A stretch of 64,000 bases of DNA from an uncultured virus (IMG/VR IMGVR_UViG_3300020050_017898). Its lineage: Duplodnaviria > Heunggongvirae > Uroviricota > Caudoviricetes. Positions 9,621 through 19,229 of this stretch are shown here, piece after piece. Made by a program: the position numbers and the translations under genes. Numbering within the stretch: the stretch's first letter is position 1; every line of letters starts with the position of its first letter. A model generated the notes under the pieces. That model did not search any database. It was not told the DNA's origin and saw only the letters and a program-made list of their open reading frames with translations. The DNA is taken from the IMG/VR virus record IMGVR_UViG_3300020050_017898; one strand, given 5' to 3'.

Positions 9621-10268
9621 ATGAATATTGATAGAGCTATCAGCAACAGTAAAAAACAAATAGATTTTGAAGTTAAATTCAAAGATGAATCGCCTTTTAT
9701 GAGATTCCTAGGAAAAGTTTTATTCTTTAATAAACGCTTTAGCCAATTTACTACTACTGTTGGCAAAACTATCTATTTTCCTTCTAGAGCTCATTTAGAA
9801 AATTCTCCTGTTAGTTCAACTAGTACCCTTCTCCATGAATTAGTTCATGTAAGTGATCGAAATAAGTTAACTTTTCCATTATTTGGTTTGCTTTATCTTA
9901 GTCCACAGATATTTTTTCTATTATGTTTGCCACTATTTTTGGTTTCCTGGAAAATTGTACTATTTAGTTTGATTTTCTTAGTTCCTCTTCCAGCTATAGG
10001 AAGAGCCTGGTTAGAATTCAGAGGTTATTGCATGACCATGTATGTACTTTATGTGCTTCATAAGCAATATAATCTATCAATTAATTTTCAAGCTCTAAAG
10101 ACAGGAATTCTTGATCAATTTACTTCTAGTAATTATTATTTTATGTTTCCATTCAAAAAAACTATGAATAACAAACTTAATGAAGCTTTTGAAAGAGTGT
10201 TAAAAAATAAACATCCATTCGAAGATAAAATATTTGAGATGGCGGATGTTATCTTAGAAAAGGTTTGA
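9621..10268 (+). CDS. Membrane-associated HEXXH metallopeptidase-like protein
   Basis: TTTVGKTIY...LLHELVH, hydrophobic stretch, downstream Glu (WLEFRGY). Confidence 0.65.
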   Translation: MNIDRAISNSKKQIDFEVKFKDESPFMRFLGKVLFFNKRFSQFTTTVGKTIYFPSRAHLENSPVSSTSTLLHELVHVSDRNKLTFPLFGLLYLSPQIFFLLCLPLFLVSWKIVLFSLIFLVPLPAIGRAWLEFRGYCMTMYVLYVLHKQYNLSINFQALKTGILDQFTSSNYYFMFPFKKTMNNKLNEAFERVLKNKHPFEDKIFEMADVILEKV

Positions 10269-10280
10269 TATAGGTATCGC

Positions 10281-11471
10281 ATGGAAACCCTAGATATTGC
10301 TATTATTGGTTGTGGTGTTGCTGGTGCTTGTGCTGCTTATTCACTTAGACATACAAAAAAGACTGTAGCTTTAATTGATGTTGGAAGACCACCACTGAAA
10401 CGCCGCCGGCAAATGGAAGGTTGGTTAGGATTACTTCCTTCTAGTGATGGAAAGCTCTTCCTAAATGATCTCAAGCATTGTAGTTTTGATAAAGACATTG
10501 CTTTTGGCAAAGTTCAAGAATTACTTAATCAAGTCTCTGATTTCAAAGTATTTGAAAGTAAAAAAATAAATAACGAATTTATCAAGACTGCAAAAAACAA
10601 TGGTTTTAATATTGAATATTTTAATTGGATGCAAATGTATCCCAAAGATATCCACGCTCTATCTAAGATAATGAATGTACAGATAGAAAATTTAGATAAT
10701 TTTTATCATTACTTTGATCTAGAAGTTAGTGATGTGTTTCATGAAAATGGTGTATTTTCAATTGAATGTGGTGAAAAAACTATTAAAGCTAAGAAAGTAG
10801 TAATAGCTTTAGGGCGATCCGGGTGGCGACTATCTCATCAGATCTTTAGTAAATTTGGATTAATTACTGATAACACTGAAGCCAGATTAGGTATTAAAAT
10901 TGAAACTCAAAGTGATAATCTAAAAGAATTTAAGAAAAGTATTCTAACTCTTTCTAATCCAAATGAGCAGTTAACTTTGGGACCATTTATGTCAAATGGT
11001 ACAGTAATTCCAGAAGATCATATTGAGATGGCTCAGGCTGCCTTCAGATCAAATGAGCCACGTTGGCAGAGTTCGTATACTACTTTTGATTTATTAAAAA
11101 CTATCAAAGTTGAGAAAGCTTGTGAAACAGTAGATCGTTTGAGTAAATTAACCTGGATTCTTGGTAATGATAGAATTATTAAAGAGCCAACAATGACTAT
11201 TCTGAATAAGAAAAGTAAATTATTTATTCTAGAAGAATATAAATTTTTAACTGATGAGTTGAAAAAAATTAATTCATTATTTCCTGAAATATTAGAAAAA
11301 TCTTACTACTATGCTCCACTAATTATGGCAGAACCTGCTAGAATAGAATTAGATGAGCATCTTGAAACAAAAGTTCCTGGCATGTATTGTGTAGGAGAAA
11401 GTGCAAGAATTCCTGGATTACTAGGAGCAATGATAAGTGGAATGAAAATGGAGCAACTAGGCAATGACTAA
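10281..11471 (+). CDS. FAD-dependent oxidoreductase
   Basis: IIGCGVAG Rossmann motif, SDGKL, ALGRSG, TKVPGMYCVGE. Confidence 0.85.
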   Translation: METLDIAIIGCGVAGACAAYSLRHTKKTVALIDVGRPPLKRRRQMEGWLGLLPSSDGKLFLNDLKHCSFDKDIAFGKVQELLNQVSDFKVFESKKINNEFIKTAKNNGFNIEYFNWMQMYPKDIHALSKIMNVQIENLDNFYHYFDLEVSDVFHENGVFSIECGEKTIKAKKVVIALGRSGWRLSHQIFSKFGLITDNTEARLGIKIETQSDNLKEFKKSILTLSNPNEQLTLGPFMSNGTVIPEDHIEMAQAAFRSNEPRWQSSYTTFDLLKTIKVEKACETVDRLSKLTWILGNDRIIKEPTMTILNKKSKLFILEEYKFLTDELKKINSLFPEILEKSYYYAPLIMAEPARIELDEHLETKVPGMYCVGESARIPGLLGAMISGMKMEQLGND

Positions 11472-11919
11472 AGCTAAAAGTAAAAAATCAAAAATTAAAA
11501 CATCATTAACTGATAATGTTGATAATACTACTGCCAATGATAATAGCATGATTCAAAATAGTTATCAGACCAATAGTTTGGCTGATTATACACCACAGTA
11601 TGTACTAGATAGTGATGCTAAAGATAGTGGAAGAATCATTACTAGCAAATATGAATTTGATTTATTTTACAAAGAAGATGACATTGCTTATGCCGTTTAT
11701 CGAGTAAAGTATCTTAAGAGCCCTCATCCTCACTGGAATTTAATGAAGAATGCTAAAATTGTAGCTTCTTTGGCGGAATCATACTTTACTAGGAATGAAG
11801 TAAAGATCTTGCACGGTGGCAAAGGGTTCTTACAGTTATTAGAACTAGCCAAGCTGCCAGACATCAATCACCAACAAGCTCTCACTAAAATCAAGAGCTG
11901 GCTAAAGTCGCTAGCGTGA
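11464..11919 (+). CDS. Hypothetical protein
   Basis: 151-aa ORF overlapping previous stop. Confidence 0.7.
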   Translation: MTKAKSKKSKIKTSLTDNVDNTTANDNSMIQNSYQTNSLADYTPQYVLDSDAKDSGRIITSKYEFDLFYKEDDIAYAVYRVKYLKSPHPHWNLMKNAKIVASLAESYFTRNEVKILHGGKGFLQLLELAKLPDINHQQALTKIKSWLKSLA

Positions 11920-11932
11920 CTATATTGTACCT

Positions 11933-12517
11933 ATGACACCTATCCTTTACTGCCTGGACGTCGAAACGACCGGGCTTGATCCACTAAAAAATGAAGTAAT
12001 TGAACTTTCCATCAAACGTATGTCAGATGGTGAACAACGAACATGGTTTTTGAAACCTAAAAATATCAATGATATTGATCCAACTAGTTTAAAAATTAAT
12101 CACCATATTCTAGAGGATCTCCTTCATAAAACTCCAGAAGGACGAGAAAAATACAAACCTCAGGAAGAGGTTTTAATAGACATTGAAAACTTTCTTAATG
12201 AAGATGGTTTAGCTACACGTGAACGCATCCCTATGGGACAAAATGTCACATTCGACACAGTGTTTCTTAAACAGTTGTGGAAAAATAATGATGCTAGTGA
12301 TACTTACCCGCTTGGGTATCATGTGGTTGATACCATGATCATAGAGTTTATGATGGATTTGGCTAAAGGTCAAATCAAAGAGTCTTATTCACTAGCAGCG
12401 CTAAGCAAACATTATGGAGTAAAAAATGAAAAGGCGCATAGCGCAGAGGCGGACGTAAAATGTACTGCTAAAGTTTTTGATATTCAAATAGATTCATTGC
12501 GAAAATTGATGAAATGA
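11933..12517 (+). CDS. Second DEDDh 3'-5' exonuclease
   Basis: LDVETTG, QNVTFD, DT, HSAEAD. Confidence 0.92.
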   Translation: MTPILYCLDVETTGLDPLKNEVIELSIKRMSDGEQRTWFLKPKNINDIDPTSLKINHHILEDLLHKTPEGREKYKPQEEVLIDIENFLNEDGLATRERIPMGQNVTFDTVFLKQLWKNNDASDTYPLGYHVVDTMIIEFMMDLAKGQIKESYSLAALSKHYGVKNEKAHSAEADVKCTAKVFDIQIDSLRKLMK

Positions 12518-13404
12518 GAAAAGTCTTTCTAGGTATCAAAGATACTAATTATATTTTTTTATCTAGATTTCTAGAACATTATAATTATCAATATGACCTA
12601 ACAATAGGTTATATTGGTAATAGATTTGAATTGCCAAAATTAAAAAATAAAATTAACTTAAATTTTCTTAATTTATCTACCTTAAACAAGTATTCGAAGA
12701 TTTCCTACTTAGAATCAATTATTAGTGATCATGATTTAGTGATTAGTAATCATATATGCTATTTATCATTAGCAGCTAAAAATTGTAAGATACCATATAT
12801 ACAATATAGTGATTTGTATATGTTTCATGAGCTAGCTAGAAATAAAGAGGTATTATTTGGCAAATTAGCTAAAACACATTTAAGACATGCCATCTTTAAT
12901 GAAGATGAACTAGATGTTTATGAACATGCTAATAAAAATTTTATCTATAATCCTTTAATATTTTTTCATGACTTTCGGTTCAAAAGTCCACCTAATATTC
13001 TTTGCCCTTTTTATCTGCAAGGAAATCCTCAACAGGAGGGTCCAGAATGTGTAATAAGTTACACAGCCAATAAAAGTATCATGAAACCTAAAGCCATTCA
13101 TCTATCTGCTATAGAAGATTTTGGTTATATGCAATCAGATTTTATCGGACAGTCTTACTACGATTTTATTTCTAGTTGTTCTAATATTAAAATAGATTTA
13201 GACTATAATTTATTAGGTGATTGTTTATTTAACAATATTAGACCAGAAATTTCTTTTTTAGAAAAAACTCTTAATAATTTTTATCTGTACAATTTTGCTA
13301 GAGTACTTAACCTTTCTAAGGTTGTTGATTCTATTCCCTACGCTAAAGTTTTAGATGAAAAGCAATACCCTACCTTCGACCAAACAATAATGGAATTCCT
13401 ATGA
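12514..13404 (+). CDS. Degenerate GT-B glycosyltransferase-like protein
   Basis: DHDLVISNH...LAAKNCKIPYI resembles GT-B 'PDLVISD...AA...IP' segment. Confidence 0.4.
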   Translation: MRKVFLGIKDTNYIFLSRFLEHYNYQYDLTIGYIGNRFELPKLKNKINLNFLNLSTLNKYSKISYLESIISDHDLVISNHICYLSLAAKNCKIPYIQYSDLYMFHELARNKEVLFGKLAKTHLRHAIFNEDELDVYEHANKNFIYNPLIFFHDFRFKSPPNILCPFYLQGNPQQEGPECVISYTANKSIMKPKAIHLSAIEDFGYMQSDFIGQSYYDFISSCSNIKIDLDYNLLGDCLFNNIRPEISFLEKTLNNFYLYNFARVLNLSKVVDSIPYAKVLDEKQYPTFDQTIMEFL

Positions 13405-13850
13405 TCAAACCTAATGTAACTAAAAATCTTAAAGTAATAGATAAAAATATCACCAGTTTTCAAAGTAGCGCCTTGAATTATATTTTTGTTCCTGTAAGCT
13501 CAGAAGCTAAAATATTTGAAGACTTTAATAAAGAAGTAAATAAAAAATGGACTAACCTAGAACATCAACTAAAGCTTTGGAAAGCTGCTCCTAGAGAGTT
13601 TAAATCCGGATGTATTAAACTACATAGTGTGCAAAGTAATGCCGTTGTGATTTTTGCCTATTGTTTGAATGATGATAACTCAGTTAATCCAGAAGCTTTG
13701 ACTAAATGTGTGAAAGAAATTGCCACAACTATCAAATACAATGATGGTTGCATGAATTTCTCTAAAAAATTATCTATGATAGATAATCTAGAAGAATTTA
13801 TTAAAGAAACATTTATTGATAAAAATATAAGTTGTTATTTGTTTAAATAA
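13401..13850 (+). CDS. Macro-domain-like hypothetical protein
   Basis: Layout ...KKWTN...FKSG...VIFAY...EALTKC resembles phage macro domains; GxG-type loops not evident. Confidence 0.4.
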   Translation: MIKPNVTKNLKVIDKNITSFQSSALNYIFVPVSSEAKIFEDFNKEVNKKWTNLEHQLKLWKAAPREFKSGCIKLHSVQSNAVVIFAYCLNDDNSVNPEALTKCVKEIATTIKYNDGCMNFSKKLSMIDNLEEFIKETFIDKNISCYLFK

Positions 13851-13875
13851 AAAACCGGGCTAAGCCCGGTTTTTT
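13849..13875. terminator. Bidirectional intrinsic terminator
   Basis: AAAAAACCGGGC-TAA-GCCCGGTTTTT between convergent operons. Confidence 0.9.
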
Positions 13876-14605
13876 ATTCTGTATCTTGATAGGTAAATAC
13901 TAATCCACGGGCGACAGCATCATCATGTGTTGAATAAACAAGACAATTGATAATATAGCCTTGATAACCAAAAGTTGCATCAAAATTGCCGAGTTTTATT
14001 GTAGATAAAGATGCTGCCACATATATTGGTAATATTGAATCTTGTGTGCCAAATCCATTATTGATAAAACCTATATTGGTAGTACTATTAACAGTCATTC
14101 CTCTATTTGATTCAATACCACCATCAAAAATGGTAGCTAAGTCATATGTTCCATTCATACCAAAAGCCATCATTCCTGTTGCTGCATAAGCAGGTGCAAA
14201 TCCAGTTTGTGGTGTAGGTGGATTTCCTTCAACAAAACTCCAACCTAGATCAAATCCGGTCTGTGGATTGCCTCGCTGATACGCTGACCAAATATTAGAA
14301 CCCCTAGTACTTACTGGAGCCTCCAATTGTGCACCTCCAGCTGGCATATCAACTCCCCCTCCGCTTCTTAAAGTTGGAACATTCCCAGCAGACCAAGTGG
14401 CATGATTTCCATTTCCTGAACTATCTGTCCAGAATTTAACTGGATCTCCAGGTGTCGTGGCTGGAATAGTTCCAGCCGAATCTTGAAAAAATGGACCTGT
14501 ACGTTTATAGACCGCTAAAGCATTTGCGCTATTGGGAATAGCTACTGGTCCGCCACCGCCACCAGGCTTTTTTTGAGCATTTAAAAAAGTGCTTACAAAA
14601 AACAT
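13874..14605 (-). CDS. Fibre tip / receptor-binding protein 2 (beta-sandwich)
   Basis: TAATG-coupled to fibre B; FQDSAGTIPAT...GDPVKFWTDSSGNGNHA motif typical of phage fibre-associated LamG-like proteins. Confidence 0.7.
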   Translation of the reverse strand: MFFVSTFLNAQKKPGGGGGPVAIPNSANALAVYKRTGPFFQDSAGTIPATTPGDPVKFWTDSSGNGNHATWSAGNVPTLRSGGGVDMPAGGAQLEAPVSTRGSNIWSAYQRGNPQTGFDLGWSFVEGNPPTPQTGFAPAYAATGMMAFGMNGTYDLATIFDGGIESNRGMTVNSTTNIGFINNGFGTQDSILPIYVAASLSTIKLGNFDATFGYQGYIINCLVYSTHDDAVARGLVFTYQDTE

Positions 14606-16539
14606 TAAATGATTACCTGTCTGACTGATGTTTCCATAAACCATTTAGCAGAAAATGTAGAGTCACCTGTAACTTTAATTTCTACATCACTTCCATTGAT
14701 ATCTAAAGCTAAATCAATTGCTGGCGCTGGGCTTTCGCCCCAATCAGGAGTAAGATCCTGGACAGTTGACATGCCTGAAAGAATTGCATCACCAGATGAT
14801 TCTCGATAATATTTTCCAGACTTAACTAAATGCAAAGTTCGATAATTCCCACCATAGACAGTGTTATTATCTACACCAATTAAATTAACAGTAATTAGAT
14901 AAGCTCTTGAAGTTGCTAAACTTATTGTTCTAACTGTAACTTGACTAAGTGAAGTGGTAAAATAATCACTGAAAATTTCTGATTTGCCATTGTTACCTCC
15001 AACAATTTCCATAGCATAATTTGTAGACCTAACATCAGTCATTGCTGTAATACTATTATTCCAGGTTGGAGCAGCGGCACCATTAGCTGTTAGAATATAA
15101 TTAGCTGTCCCCGCCGCCCGATTAACCCAATTGGTGCCATTAAAATAAATCATTGAACCAGTTGCTTCAGAAGCAATTGTCAAATCAACTACAGTTGGTG
15201 TTGAAGCAGATCCACCAAGATCCCCAGCTAGTTGAACAGTACCAATTACGCTACCTGTTGCATTTGTCATATTTGCTGAAGGAAGAACTCCAGTCACATA
15301 GTTTGCCCCTCCTGCTAAATTTAGTGCTGAATAAGAAACTGCAGAAGTGCCAGAGACTTGTAGTACATTGCCAGTTGTTAGTGATCCTGCCGACGGAACT
15401 GTTGCCCCATTAATTTTAGCAACAGTCACAGAGGTGGAAGAGCCTGCAATATCTCCAGCCAGTTGCACAATGCCTTTAGCACCAGTCGTTGCGTCTGGAT
15501 GATTTGCCGCAGGCAAAATTCCGGTTACGTAGTTAGCTCCACCCGCAAGATTCAATGCCGCATAAGATAATGCAGCTGAGCCTGAAACCTGCAAGACATT
15601 GCCGGTCGTTAAAGATCCAGAAACTGGAACGGTAGCTCCATTAATCTTTTCTACTGTTTGAGAAGAGCTAGAACCAGTTAAATCTCCTCCAGCTGTAAAG
15701 CCACCACCAACGTTATTCCAACTTGGTGCTGCGGCACCATTTGCTGTTAATATTTGACCAATAGTGCCAGGAGTTAGTTGAACCCAAGCAGAACCATTGT
15801 AATAAAGGGTAGAACCAGTTGTAGCCCCAGAAATAGTAAAATTAGTAACTGTTGGAGAGGTAGCTGTTCCACCTAAATTTCCAGTTAATCTAACAATACC
15901 AGTAACACCGCTGGCGGCTAATGGAAGATCGGCTGGTGCCCAGGCAGAACCATTCCATACAATTGCTTGACCACTTGTTGGGGCAGTAGCTAGCAATGGA
16001 CGGCTTCTTAAACCTACGACTGTCTGTGAGCTATCAGTACCAGCCAAGTCATTGCCAGCTGTAAATGACCCACCGCCCCCACTAATAGTTGCTGGAGCCC
16101 ATGAACTTAGTCCACTATTCCAAACTAAAGCTTGCCCATTAGTCGGAGCCGTTGAAGCGACAGCTCTACCTTGTAAACCAATGACTGTTTGGGTACTAGC
16201 ATTACCAAATAAATCACCAGCAGCAGTAAATGAAGCACTAATTTTAGGCTCCCATTGACTGGAAACATCATTCCAAGTCATGACATAATTGTCTAACGGA
16301 GTAACACTAGAAACTGCATGACCATTTAGTTTAACGACATGAGTATCATTGGATACTCCCTCTAGATCTCCACCCATGGTTATCAGTCTTTGATTCTGAT
16401 AGTTGTTTAATTGAGTGGCTAGGACATCTAGTCGATTACGTAAGTTGGCATAACCAGCACTAGGATCAGCTCCTAACTCCACGGCTAAATTGTTTACAGA
16501 AGTTTGAAGGGCTAGAAAATCTGCGTCTGAAACTGTCAT
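14605..16539 (-). CDS. Fibre protein B (644 aa, repetitive)
   Basis: G/T/A/S-rich; repeats AGDLxGxxxxQTV and APTxGQAxVWN; AAGGA SD. Confidence 0.85.
   Translation of the reverse strand: MTVSDADFLALQTSVNNLAVELGADPSAGYANLRNRLDVLATQLNNYQNQRLITMGGDLEGVSNDTHVVKLNGHAVSSVTPLDNYVMTWNDVSSQWEPKISASFTAAGDLFGNASTQTVIGLQGRAVASTAPTNGQALVWNSGLSSWAPATISGGGGSFTAGNDLAGTDSSQTVVGLRSRPLLATAPTSGQAIVWNGSAWAPADLPLAASGVTGIVRLTGNLGGTATSPTVTNFTISGATTGSTLYYNGSAWVQLTPGTIGQILTANGAAAPSWNNVGGGFTAGGDLTGSSSSQTVEKINGATVPVSGSLTTGNVLQVSGSAALSYAALNLAGGANYVTGILPAANHPDATTGAKGIVQLAGDIAGSSTSVTVAKINGATVPSAGSLTTGNVLQVSGTSAVSYSALNLAGGANYVTGVLPSANMTNATGSVIGTVQLAGDLGGSASTPTVVDLTIASEATGSMIYFNGTNWVNRAAGTANYILTANGAAAPTWNNSITAMTDVRSTNYAMEIVGGNNGKSEIFSDYFTTSLSQVTVRTISLATSRAYLITVNLIGVDNNTVYGGNYRTLHLVKSGKYYRESSGDAILSGMSTVQDLTPDWGESPAPAIDLALDINGSDVEIKVTGDSTFSAKWFMETSVRQVII
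15665..15699. repeat. 35-bp exact repeat shared with 18782..18816
   Basis: GAGCTAGAACCAGTTAAATCTCCTCCAGCTGTAAA in both fibre genes. Confidence 0.9.
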
Positions 16540-16570
16540 ATGATTCCTTTAAAAATAAACTTCCTAAACA

Positions 16571-18187
16571 TTATAGTTGACCTGCTTCAGTGGCTGTGAC
16601 ATAATTAATAGTAATTTCATTAGCAGAAGCATACATATGAATTTGATCTAATACAGCTTTCATGCTAGTAGTTGTGGGGCTATAGGCGTGTGTAGATAAA
16701 AATACTACTTGATCATTACTAGGATTATTACGTTTGTCTACAACATTGTCTAGCCATACTTGGTATGAAATACCATCAGCATTATATTCAATAGCAGAAT
16801 TGCTGCTCACTACAGATCTGAGATTTCCCGCTGGGGTAACAATATCATGTGGCTGTGATATAGAGGTAATTCCACTATATTGAGAAACTATTTGACTCTG
16901 AAGATATGGAAAAGCCCCAAAAGCGGCAGCAGTTAGACTTGATGGTACTTTAGAACAATCTGTTAGCACTCCAGCATCTCTTAGAGCCTCCCATCGATCT
17001 GCATCCATTAACCAACCACCAGCTACGAATGCCGCAGGACGTACAAAACCTTGATTTTCAAAAGTGTCTAAACAAAAAGTTACTAAAGTTTCAAAATCTG
17101 CTTTAGGATAAGCTGGTAATACTACTGAATAACCACTACCATCAGGAGTAACTCCATCAGCATAACTGGGCACATCTCTAAAAGTTATCCCTGCTGCCGC
17201 AATAATTTGTGTCCAAGGATGAATGTGAAAAGCGGCTTCATCTTGAGCATGTTTATTTGACATCCATTCAGCAGTAATAAGAGCTCTAGTTGGATCATCC
17301 ACACCTGGTAAGTAATAAACGTTTGCATTAAAGAAATGTGTTAATTTAAGAGTAGGATAAGCTGCTCTGATAATATCCCAATCAGTATAATTATAAGTAA
17401 TAGAATTCCCCTCATAGTGCAAGCCTATACCGATATTCATCATTGGCAATGGTACAATCCTAGCAGGTCTCTGTGAGGTAATAGTTTCTGCTACTAAACC
17501 ATCAATGTAAGCTCTGACAGCATTTCTAGTAGTAAGATCATGAGCTCCATCATAAACAAAAATATGTTTAATTTTCCCAGTATAAGTGAAACCACTAGAA
17601 TTACCCAACCTCATTCTCCAACTAGAACTAGTAAGACTATTGGCTGCCTCAGTAGAATTAACAAATACAGTAGAAGAGGCTCCATTAAAAACTGCTCCAC
17701 GAATGGCAAAACCAGCTACAGCATCAGTAACACCAGAACTAAATCCGCCACCTTGAGCTGCTAATAAACTTCCACTAAAAGTATTAAGCCAAACATCTAG
17801 TTCACTGTCGGCATCACACACAATTAAACATGAATCACTTTGACGTTCACAATAAACATAAACAGTAAATGGACTATTTTGAAAAATATTAGTATCAAGA
17901 TATGAATTTACTCCGCCTTCTCCAAAAGAAGCACCATCAGCTCTTCTATATGGGCTTTGTGAATCTCCATATACATTAATAGCAGAAATAGTTTCTCCTT
18001 TACCACTTACCCCTTTAATAACACGTATTCTATCACCAATACTAGCTGGTACAGTGCCATAAGGATCAGAAAACATCTTAGAGCCATCCATAAAATTATA
18101 ATGGGCTCGCAAATTGGCTAGATCAGGATATGGAGTACCATAACTTTGTACAGCAGGGATAGTTCCAGGAGAAGCAAAGCAAATCAC
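16571..18187 (-). CDS. Fibre tip protein 1: LamG-like domain plus polysaccharide-deacetylase-like (CE4/NodB-type) domain
   Basis: N-half similar to 13874..14605; C-half THFFNA, FHIHPW, AFVAGGW; GTG start overlaps fibre A stop (alternative ATG 18223). Confidence 0.7.
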   Translation of the reverse strand: MICFASPGTIPAVQSYGTPYPDLANLRAHYNFMDGSKMFSDPYGTVPASIGDRIRVIKGVSGKGETISAINVYGDSQSPYRRADGASFGEGGVNSYLDTNIFQNSPFTVYVYCERQSDSCLIVCDADSELDVWLNTFSGSLLAAQGGGFSSGVTDAVAGFAIRGAVFNGASSTVFVNSTEAANSLTSSSWRMRLGNSSGFTYTGKIKHIFVYDGAHDLTTRNAVRAYIDGLVAETITSQRPARIVPLPMMNIGIGLHYEGNSITYNYTDWDIIRAAYPTLKLTHFFNANVYYLPGVDDPTRALITAEWMSNKHAQDEAAFHIHPWTQIIAAAGITFRDVPSYADGVTPDGSGYSVVLPAYPKADFETLVTFCLDTFENQGFVRPAAFVAGGWLMDADRWEALRDAGVLTDCSKVPSSLTAAAFGAFPYLQSQIVSQYSGITSISQPHDIVTPAGNLRSVVSSNSAIEYNADGISYQVWLDNVVDKRNNPSNDQVVFLSTHAYSPTTTSMKAVLDQIHMYASANEITINYVTATEAGQL

Positions 18188-19134
18188 ACTGTCACCGTTC
18201 TTAAATAAGTTTCTAATTGCCATTTAGCATTTAGACTTATTTCACCAGTTACTTTTATTTCTATAGTATTACCAACAATTACTAAGCTAAGATCACAGAA
18301 ATTTGTATCTCCATAAGGAGGAGTAATATCTTGTACTGTGGTAGCTCCACAGGCAACTAAACTTGAAACCGAAGTTTGACGATAATATTTACCAGTCTTG
18401 GTTATAGTAATAACTCTATTAGTTCCACCATCACCAGTATAAGCATCAATACCAGTAAGAACGCAAGTTAATACATAACCAAATCCACCATTTAATGATA
18501 ATGTTCTGGCAGTAAATTGAGTATTAGAAGTAGTAGAAAAGAAATCCTGATAGCTATCCAAACTACCAGCAGAGCCAGAATTAGCTTGCATGGTATAACT
18601 TGCCCCTCTGATATTAGTCATACCAGTAATAGCATTATTCCATGTCGGCGCTCCGGCGCCGTTAGCAGTTAAAAGATAGTTGGCTGTACCAGGAGATCTA
18701 TTAACCCAATTAGTGCCGTTAAAATACAACATAGAACCATTGGACTCACCAGTGATGGTCAAATCTACGACATTCTGTGACGAGCTAGAACCAGTTAAAT
18801 CTCCTCCAGCTGTAAAACTACCTCCACCCGTCGGAGCTTTAGGTACCCATTGACTAAGACCATTGTCAAATGACAACACATATCCGTCTACTGGAGCAGT
18901 AGCTGAAACCGCCACCCCTTGAATTTTGATAACATGTGAATTAGTATTCACGCCACTGACATCACCAGCCATTGGTACACTTAATTGACTGATTAATGCA
19001 TCTAGTTGAGTGCTGATTGAATCAACTCGATCTTCTACTGTGGAGAAGATCCCACTGGGATCAACACCTAATTCAGCTTTTAATCCTTCAACTTGAGCTC
19101 TTAAAGCTAAGAAATCTGCGTCTGTAACAACCAT
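18184..19134 (-). CDS. Fibre protein A, short paralogue of fibre B
   Basis: MVVTDADFLAL...ELGVDPSG vs MTVSDADFLAL...ELGADPSAG; shared YFNGTNWVNR and GKYYR; AAGGA SD before ATG 19134. Confidence 0.85.
   Translation of the reverse strand: MVVTDADFLALRAQVEGLKAELGVDPSGIFSTVEDRVDSISTQLDALISQLSVPMAGDVSGVNTNSHVIKIQGVAVSATAPVDGYVLSFDNGLSQWVPKAPTGGGSFTAGGDLTGSSSSQNVVDLTITGESNGSMLYFNGTNWVNRSPGTANYLLTANGAGAPTWNNAITGMTNIRGASYTMQANSGSAGSLDSYQDFFSTTSNTQFTARTLSLNGGFGYVLTCVLTGIDAYTGDGGTNRVITITKTGKYYRQTSVSSLVACGATTVQDITPPYGDTNFCDLSLVIVGNTIEIKVTGEISLNAKWQLETYLRTVTV
18782..18816. repeat. 35-bp exact repeat, second copy
   Basis: Identical to 15665..15699. Confidence 0.9.
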
Positions 19135-19203
19135 GGATGTCCTTGCGGGCAATAACTTAATTCAAATTAATGTTATTATATTAATAACCATATGTTTCAA
19201 AAA

Positions 19204-19227
19204 AAAAGAGAGCATTTGCTCTCTTTT
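19204..19227 (-). terminator. Intrinsic terminator
   Basis: AAAAGAGAGCA-TT-TGCTCTCTTTT hairpin with long U tract on minus strand. Confidence 0.85.
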
Positions 19228-19229
19228 CT

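Noticed and set aside
14605..18223. Identical 40-bp overlaps (14605-14644, 18184-18223) between each fibre and its tip gene, suggesting a programmed frameshift
   Set aside because: The upstream ATG arises from the conserved AAA-TGG (Lys-Trp) codons of the paralogues. Stop/start-coupled starts (TAATG, GTGA) explain expression, and no shared slippery site was seen.
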